This document shows positions 55,732-64,000 of a stretch of 64,000 nt of DNA, piece after piece; position 1 is the stretch's first letter, and each line of letters opens with the position of its first letter. This DNA is from Syncephalis fuscata S228 (Eukaryota > Fungi > Zoopagomycota). The DNA lies in contig JAHLTZ010000008.1 in the NCBI GenBank assembly GCA_025786725.1, positions 682,001 to 746,000 of the forward strand, in the 5' to 3' direction. The translations under genes and the position numbers were made by a program. The notes beneath the pieces were generated by a model that saw only the letters and a program-made list of their open reading frames with translations, had not been told where the DNA came from and did not search any database.

Positions 55732-57472
55732 TATGGCAATTCGTTATGTCACGACGCTTGATCAGCGATTTCTTTTTACACAACTTCCACCTGCACCAAT
55801 ACACCAATTTACGCCTCTACCCGATGAACGAACATTAAAAATCAAGGATCAATTGCCTCGGCTTAACAAGCAAGAAACGCAGAGTTGCCAATAAGCTATC
55901 GTATTGTGCCAAAGCTTAATATGCCACGACAGCCAATACTAGGCTTTGGTGCTGCTTTAACTGAATCAAGCGCTTATAATCTAATTATCCTCAAGCAAAA
56001 GCAGCCAAGTGAATATCAAAAAGTGCTACAAAATTTATTTAGTGCCAAACACGATGGCAACAGTAATAAAGGTAGCTAAACTAGGCAATTTATTGTTATA
56101 GCTTATTAACAAGCCAACTTTCTATTTAGCTTCAGGTCCAGCGGCTGGTTCAGGCTTACAAGTACTTCGCATACCCATAAGTGCTTGTGATTTTAACACT
56201 GATGGCCATAATTTTACATTGGCTGATAAATCACCAAATTGTGGCACAAGTAAACTATGCAAAGTTCAGCCTGCCAAATTCTTACAAACGGCAGCATGTC
56301 CCGTGGCAATTGATCTTGCTCCATTGCGTAAATATGTTCTACCTGCACTAAAAGACATCATCAAAGTCCAGCCCAACCTAAAACTTGTTATCTCTTCCTG
56401 GTCGGCTCCAAAATGGATGAAGACAAGCGATCGTTTGACGGGCGGTCGGCTTAAAAATGGAATGCAAAGCTGCTATGGTACTTATTTGGCCGATGCTGCC
56501 GCAGCACTTGCGAAAGAGCTCAACGCCCCCAATGCTATCCACGCAATCACCGTACAAAACGAGCCCAATAACGAGACGCAAGCCTATGCCAGTATGCTTA
56601 TGACGCCGGCCGAGGAAACGACCGTAGCTGAAGTGATGCGCGCACGTCTCAACGGACATAAAATGCAATCGGTACGCATTTGGGTACATGATCATAATTG
56701 GGACCGTCCTGATAGGCCAGCTGATTCGTTTAAACGTGATAAAAAGCACGTTATCGATGGTGCAGCTTTCCATTGCTACGATCCAAATGGTGGCCAAGTC
56801 GAAAAACAATCCTGGCTGCACAGCCAATTCCCTGACCGTGCCATTCACATTACTGAGTGTTCAGGTGGTAGATGGTCGCCTAATTTCGGCAATAATCTAC
56901 GCTGGAATTGGCAAAAGCTTTACTGGGGCGGCATCAAGCACTGGGGACAGTCGGTAATGCACTGGAACTTGGCTCTTGATAGTGATAATGGTCCCACTAA
57001 TGGTGGCACTAAAGAGTGTCGCGGTGTTATTACCATTAATACAAAACAACTTAATAGCACTCCACAAAACCGTAATGCTTCAGTAGTTAGTTACGAAGTT
57101 GAATGGTATGGTATGGCACATGCATCTCGTTATTTACCCAATGATGCCCACTACGTCGAATCGGATATTATTTCGGTTAATAGTACTGGCAAGCCAAAGC
57201 CTTGTGTTAGTGATGGTGAAATACAAGTTGTGACCTATGTTGGTAAGGCCACGGCAGAAATGCTAATAATGAATCGATGCGAGAATCAATTGCGTGCTGT
57301 GCACGTTATGCTTGGTAAACGTTCGAGTCTTATTCGCTTGCCACCTGGAAGTTTAACAACGCTCGTTTGGAACGATTTAAACATTCAGCAGCCCACTACA
57401 CATTTACCAACACCAATTCCTCGTAAGCCAATCAGTCTAACTGATAAAGTAAAGCGTTGGTTTAAAAAATAA
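55732..57472 (+). CDS. Glycoside hydrolase family 30 (endo-beta-1,6-glucanase or glucosylceramidase-like); 1 intron, one apparent frameshift at about 55887
   Basis: QPILGFGAALTESSA, intron about 56072-56129, LRIPISACDF, SSWSAPKWMKT, ITVQNEP (acid/base Glu), DHNWD, GAAFHCY, HITECSGG (nucleophile Glu), WNLALD..GP, CRGVITI. Confidence 0.9.
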
Positions 57473-57642
57473 TAAAGCAGTTTTAATATCTTCTCAATTA
57501 AGTATATGTGCGCCATTATCAGGTTACAAATGGGATATTAACGAGAGCAAGAGAGGGAGAGAACACATATAAACATACACACTTAGCATGTATGTTATTA
57601 AATCATCGCTTTTTAGAACAAAAAATGAAATAGATGCCTATC

Positions 57643-59127
57643 CTAAGGCTGTGCCGATGGACCATGTGGATATGCAACGTTAGCTGCATAATGCCCGCTT
57701 GGTAATCCGTTCATAGCTGGAACACGCCATAGAACGCGCTCACGGCCCATTGCACCTGATCGTGGCGGTTTTCTTACAACGGCTACACGCCCGCCTGTAC
57801 TGACCAAATGCAAGAATGACCGATTCTTCACGGTCACTACCCAGTTGACCAGTACGTGCTTGTTTCCGGCGTTGCACTGCTTCCTTTGCCAATTGATGAC
57901 GCTCCATATCAGTGCCACAGCGGAATCTATTCGATTCTATTAGTCGTTTAAACCAGGCAAATCGTAGTGTAGCTAGTGTGCGTAGTAACGCTTCACGACT
58001 GTCAACTGATTGACGCAAATCGTCAAGTAGTCGATCGCATAAATACACATAACTGCATCGCGAATAGCACGACTATAAACGCCATAACGATCGGTAGCAG
58101 TATGGGCTGCTGCTGCTGAAGAACGACTTGGTGGCTGAATATCGTTACTAGTTATTTCTGGCGATAGACCGACAAGTTCATCTGGATCAAAATTGCTATT
58201 TTCAACAAATTCCACATAGATACCAACTGTATCTGCGCGTATATCTGCCTGACAAACGGCAGCAGCCGATGCACATAGATCTTCAAGACCTAGCCACCAA
58301 GCAGCGGCCAGAACTGATCGTGCATTTGCTACTGTCAGTCGGTGTAGTGCTCCAGCCGAATAAAGATGCGCCAATGCAAGACATAGCCCTTCTTTTGTAA
58401 TATTAGATCTTCTGGACGTAGGACTATTCAAATGGTGGTCCACCGTTCATTCCACTATTGCTATTAATATTACTCGCTGGTGCAAATATCCTGGTGATGT
58501 AGATCCAGGTGTGGCTATAGCAGTATCAGTCCCCGTGCCATTCGTATCTGGGGTATGTAATCCACTGATTGATGATTGCTGCTGCAACTGCGTCTTATTA
58601 GATGCAGATACCATAAGTAAATGGCGAAATAGCGGTGAAGCTGATACTACCACTGTATGTAGATTAAAGGCTAGCTGATAGGCTGGCACCTGTACACAAG
58701 ATCGCTAAAGGCCCCAGTCTGAAATGCATGATGTAAATGGGCACAGATAGCTTCATGACGTGCATGGGTCGCTGCCATAAGTCCAGGTAACGGACTGGCC
58801 TGTATACCGTTACTGTTACCGTTACTGGCCGTACTTTCTTTAACATGTGTCAGTACCATGATATCATATCGTATATAATTATGAAACAAATAGCTTACCT
58901 TTAGTGCTATTGTGTTGCTCATGCATTGTTTCGTTTACAGACAGTATTCCTTGCGCAATCGATCCTTCAACTAATGACGATGAATGTGCTTGCAAACGTT
59001 GCTGTACGGTTAGCGTGTTGTTTGTATACTGGTTCGTGCTTGGTACGTCAGACGATGTTGCCTGTGTGTACGGCAACCACTTTGGCTTGATTGGCGAGTC
59101 GTCGTCGGTCAACAATGCTGGATCCAT
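57643..59127 (-). CDS. Fungal BTB/POZ-domain protein (several apparent frameshifts)
   Basis: HLHHAFQTGAFSDLV, FNLHTVVVSASPLFRHLL, ITKEGLCLALAHLYS, NARSVLAAAWWLGLEDLC, EESVILAFG, RVLWRV spread over successive overlapping ORFs. Confidence 0.72.
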
Positions 59128-59464
59128 AAGTTAATCCTATGAAGCAATCAAACAAGCCACATGGAAAAAAAGAAGAAAGAAAGAATGTGTGGATGGATGA
59201 TGATGATGATGATGCAAATACACACTCTACACTTTACTATAATTGTCACTACAGTGTTGTCAGTATGTATATTTTCTATTTATTAAATTTGCTATTATAC
59301 TAATAAACATATTCTATGATAATAAGTAGTTTAGTGTCAAATGATTTATTCTATTTTATTTGATTATTTTATTATACTTACTATTATATTGAGAATATGT
59401 TTTACGATAATGAGTAGTTTTGGTGTTGGTTGACATCAGTATTAATTCACTCATATTAACAAAT

Positions 59465-60669
59465 ACAATCTACGTCATCGCATTTCCTTTCTCTTTCTTT
59501 ACACTTGACACATATACCATTGCATATCTTGTACACTTATATATATAGTTGTTATTTACACTATATCCTTGCATTGCTCTTTTGTAATCTGACCTTTTTG
59601 CAATTCACCTTCATCACTCCAATCAATGATGGCACTTTTATTGACATAGTAAATGCACTTTTGAATTGTTGTTATGCTATGTTGAATATATTATGTAAAA
59701 TATCGCTGTATACTTTGATTTTGCCATAATTGTTATTGTAAGTCATCTGGCAATAGCTTTGCAATTTCAATAGCAATAGTGCAGGCAACACTTTGAGACT
59801 ATATAAGCTGTTACAGCACGATCTACGATAGCGATCTATAGTAAACAAAGTATATAGTGATTGTGGTGGCTATATCTCTGCGATTGTCTCTTTATTCTCT
59901 TCCACTGCTTGAACAATCTCACTCATCAGTACTTTTCTGTATGTGGCCAGTGAAGACTGTATGGTGCTGAATTGGTCTTTTTGATATTGCACTATTTGTC
60001 CTGAATCAATACTTGACTGGTTTTGGTTAAGCATTTTTGATTATATACTCGACCAGTTTACAGTTTAAACGCGTGTCATTTATCAAGTTTTGTATGTAAA
60101 TGTTACTACAGTTTATTGAATATGCTATGGTTTTTGCAAACGTAGATGATGTTATGGAATAGCCGTATGCGTTCTCATATTGATATATTTATTTTACTAT
60201 ACATATGCTTTATATATTTATATTGGAAAAAGATTATAAGTATATCTCTTTTGTTTTATTAGAATGTAAAGTGCTATAAATACAAATAAATAGTCAAATA
60301 AAGTATAGGATTATTAATGACAAAGCATAGTATGTATATGTGCATATGTTAAATAAACCAGATTGAATCTACAAATAATATAACTACATATAAAAATACG
60401 CTTTATTGCTAAAAGTAGTCAATAGAACATGAAATGGATGAATAAACAAAAGAATATACAACCTAGTAAACACAATAGATTGAGTAAATTAACTATATAA
60501 TAAATATAGCTAGTGATAATGAGATAGATGATAAACAATGTGTAATCAATAGACAATACAATGATATGCAATGGGAAGATGAATAAAATAAAGTTGGAGA
60601 AATAAGAATACAGGATAGAATAATATTGTTATAATAGATAGAATAGATGGCATAACAATTATATTTATT
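59465..60669. repeat. ~1.2 kb repeat, right copy (inverted relative to 42920-44171)
   Basis: Starts acaatctacgtcatcgcatttcc (reverse complement of about 44149-44171) and ends tggcataacaattatatttatt (reverse complement of 42920-42941). Confidence 0.95.
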
Positions 60670-61108
60670 GATTGGCTATATTGTTTGTATGTATTTACAG
60701 CTGCACATATTGATTCATTATTATGGTTATATGAATTGTATATAACGAGATAGCTATACTGTTTAATAAATAACTGCATGCTTTTATATGGCTATTTAAA
60801 ATTAAATAATAGATTATCTAAACATTGTATTGCTTTAGTTGGTAGATAAATAACAATTTCATTTACATAATAATGATATATATATATCAATCAACTCTAG
60901 AATAGTTTACATAGATCCTAATAAATGATGGTCTGTTGATGCTGCTATGAATAAGCAAATGTTTGTTAGTTTATACAATCAATTAAGCAAACACATTACA
61001 AATAAAACAATCACGAATAAGCAGTGATTTAATGATCAATGAAAGCAGTAGCAACTTGCAAAATAGTTAATGAATGGTTATAAGCAAGTCAGTTGTCTCA
61101 ATAGACAA

Positions 61109-63770
61109 TTAAGAGTAGAAAAGCACAGTACGTAAACTGTTTACAATGGGCACATAATCGTAGGTTGACGCGGCCGAAACTGAACTCGCTGTATCGCTTG
61201 CCTGGTCGTTGGTCATGTAATGGCGTGCGCGATCTGCCAACAAATGAGCCCAGTAAACAGCTGGAACAAGACTGACACTACGAGAACAGCGTGAATATGT
61301 ATAGCTTAGACGATTTGTCATGTCTTGCACAGCATCTGGACCTAAATTATTTTCGTCATATAAAACGACATAGTGCACAGGATTACAAGTGCCTTGAATA
61401 CCGGCATGCGCTTGAAGGAAAAAGTCGTAAATATATGGATCAGTAATATCGTGATCAACTACCGTGCCTGGTTTACAGTTGCCAGAACGATCGGTCGCCT
61501 GTGGACCGGCTTGAGCTGGGAACAGACGTGTATGGTGTCGTTTCTTTGCAATAATAAATGTTAACTTTGGATTGTACTTAGGACTGAGTTCGTGACATGC
61601 TTTCTTGATAGCTTTCACTTCTGCTTCAAATACGCGCTGGAATTGTCCATCTGAGACACCATCTCGATAGAAGAAAATACGCTGAGGCTCAACGCCTGAC
61701 TTGCGACGGAAGTTAATAAGGATTTCTTTGGTCATTGAGCCTAAATCAGAAATAATATCTTCATGGCCATCTTGGACACGATAGGTACCATCATAATTGG
61801 ATAACTGCGGATCGAGCGAGCCACAAACGGCAGCAATCGATGGACGACTTAAATCTTGCTTGGATCCAGTTGGATGAGACATGTCGGCACCCATAATGAT
61901 GGTTGGTACACTAGTGACCATTGGGATTGATCGATCAACTAGCTTGCTATTCGTGCCGCCGAGCTTTTTATTTACTTTAAGGCTCATATTGCCGCAATAC
62001 TATAATATTATAAATAAATAAGTAATAATACAATAATAATGATATCAATAATTGCTATTGCTTATTTACCTGAGGATTAGGACGCTCAACATGTTTAATA
62101 CGCATGCATTGCGTAATAATACCCATCTGCGTCTCTGCCACTTTTTTAATTCTACCATAGAAATCAGTAGTATTTTGAAAGAGGGCAAAAATAACCTGTG
62201 GTGGTGCCTTATATTTTGACTTGGCCTTTACAAATGCTTGTTGGAGTATGTGGCCGGGATCTCCTTGTGCATTGCCGTAGATAATAGGCGGGTCTTTTGC
62301 AACTACATTCATACCTTTCTGGGTGAACTGAGCTCCCATAAATCCAAAGTAATCTTGTATTTGACGAAGCGGGTAATATTTCTCTGGCACGAATGCAATC
62401 ACAGCCCACGAACCAATAGTCACTGGTACGAGTAAGCGTTTACCTTGCAATGACCACTGACCATCATTTGGTGTGACCACGGCATCTCGACCAGTGGCTG
62501 GATTGTATGCAATACGTGGTGCTTCTAATTGCCGGCTACGAATCGTGACCATTTTAGGATCGACACGTAGGCCAAAACGCTTCAATGTACTGTCGTTGGC
62601 AAAATCCACAATACGATGGCAGTCATTAATCTTATTACGACGTGCATGTGGTTTATCAGCTGCGTATTTTATCATGTCAGCCAACTGCTTCTCATCCAAT
62701 TGGCCCCTAACGCGCTGATTGGGTTCAATCACACAAACTTCCATTGGGAATGTTGTTCCTTTGCTTGTAACACTATGAAATAATAAACTGTATTGGCATC
62801 AACTATTTAACAATGGCTATATATCTTACATGCATGGCAACTGTGGAAACCTCAATCGATAGTTGTATCGTGTTTGGAAGTAACTTGCTACATTGGTCTT
62901 TTCTTTAGTATCGCCAATTGAGAATACCGTGTCCTTTGCTGATTTTCGCGTCAGACTATGGATTCCATAACGTGGCTTAAATCCTTGTCGATGGGTTACA
63001 TGAACCTTTATGTTTTTGAGATGCCGTTCTAAGCCTTTGATTGAGTTATTGTTTAGTCTGCTTGCTATTCTTTCAGGTCCATTGACATAAAGTGCATCGG
63101 CAACAAATTGAATCAGCGGTCCTTGGCGGTAAAAAGCACTAGTTGTCGTATTGATGTTTAACATGAGACCGGTTTCACCTGGCCGCACTGTCATGTAATA
63201 GCCGCGCCACGCTTCTACACCACCTGGTAAAGGTGATGAATCCTCACCCGTATAAAGTGACCGACCAATTGATAGAAACCGACTTGCAGCCATATGGCGG
63301 AATATAACCTCCAAGGCCATAGTGGGTAACAGAAGTGCTTGTGGATCACGTACTTTGCCCGAATAATACGCGTTGATCAATGACATGTTGGCGACGGCCA
63401 CTTTACGAAGCATTACTTTAAAAATACGTGGTTTTCTTTTACCGCTATTATTGCCATCCGATTCGGGTAATAAAACGTCGACGCTTAACGCATCGCCCGC
63501 TGCCATTGGATGTAGTGAAAACGCACTGGCCGCACCATCATACGCCAAGTACGCCTTGCCTAGCTTGTCACGGTGCACTACGTGTAACTGCTCGATAACC
63601 TGTCTTTTTACATCTTTATCTTTACACTCTTTATTGTTGATACTGATCTTGACGTCCAAATGAATAAGATTGCCTGAAGGTATGTTACTCAATTTAAAGT
63701 GATTGGCAACTACATTTCCTGGTTTGCCTATTTTAGCATAGCCAGGACGGCTTAGGAGTTGTACAGACAT
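61109..63770 (-). CDS. Eukaryotic Argonaute (AGO clade; N-L1-PAZ-L2-MID-PIWI), 3 exons, 844 aa
   Basis: Introns 62773-62829 and 62000-62069. RPGY..VVANHF, GGVEAWRGYYMTVRP, VASYFQTRYNYRLRFPQLPCI, FPMEVC, GIITQC, NMSLKVNKKLGGTN, GADMSHP, FYRDGVSDGQF, KKRHHTR, GTCNPVHY, VSLVPAVYWAHL. Confidence 0.97.
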
Positions 63771-64000
63771 GTTAACTAACGAAAATAAGTCAATATGAAA
63801 GTAAACACTAAGGAATGTGCACTGAATATAACTTCAATAAGAAAAGTAGCGTAGTGACTGTTAGTTAGATTGTGTGCGTGCGTGCTTGCATAAGGAGGAG
63901 GAGCAGAAGAAAGAGAAAGAGAAAACTTGATTGTATTTATATTACATTGTCGCGTTACATCATAGCAATAGCATCATTGCGTAAACCAATGAACATTGAC

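Noticed and set aside
4800-59000. Numerous single-base frameshifts in otherwise intact genes (bZIP, GDS1/APSES, large unknown gene, arrestin, subtilase, GH30, BTB) as programmed frameshifting, insertional editing or mass pseudogenisation
   Set aside because: Those I could resolve are fixed by adding one base to a short homopolymer (cattttaa[a]cga at ~16248, cgc[c]att at ~16308, tgcc[c]aata at ~55887). This is the signature of long-read consensus errors. Polishing with short reads would confirm.
42890-60700. Target-site duplication or transposase for the long inverted repeats
   Set aside because: Flanks compared by eye show no convincing direct repeat, and no DDE, tyrosine-recombinase or Rep/helicase motifs were seen, so the segment is not called a mobile element in the features.
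897-63663. Antisense and alternative-frame ORFs overlapping the real genes
   Set aside because: Shadow ORFs caused by codon bias and low-complexity coding sequence; no independent motifs.
61109-63770. Prokaryotic Argonaute defence system
   Set aside because: Spliceosomal introns and AGO-clade eukaryotic motifs; no operon or APAZ/effector partner.
1-64000. tRNA, rRNA or TPP riboswitch
   Set aside because: No convincing signatures seen by eye; tRNAscan-SE and Infernal/Rfam would be needed to exclude them.

Overview
AT-rich eukaryotic nuclear DNA with many short (about 45-95 nt) spliceosomal introns carrying CTAAC-type branch points. Gene content points to an early-diverging fungus. A Zoopagomycota mycoparasite such as Syncephalis is my best guess, but that is inference only. 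The left ~29 kb holds mostly conserved or regulatory genes: PDCD2/TSR4 last exon, RhoGAP, a membrane-tethered ATF6/CREB3-like bZIP, SIP5, mitoribosomal RSM24/mS35, a GDS1-type winged-helix plus APSES factor, a secreted repeat protein and a large low-complexity protein. The right part mixes HAT1 and an arrestin-like gene with accessory-looking genes: 7TM proteins, a secreted kinase-like protein, a divergent FHA-kinase, a subtilase pseudo-protease, a bacterial-like GH30 and a BTB protein. It ends with a catalytically intact Argonaute. The most striking non-genic structure is a set of inverted repeats. Two ~1.25 kb inverted copies (42920-44171 and 59465-60669) bracket a ~15 kb four-gene segment next to the Argonaute. 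A ~1 kb near-perfect palindrome (50674-51637) lies near the middle of that segment. A ~220 nt pre-miRNA-like fold-back (14756-14979) sits inside an unusually long 5' intron. Many genes show single-base frameshifts, most likely assembly indels.
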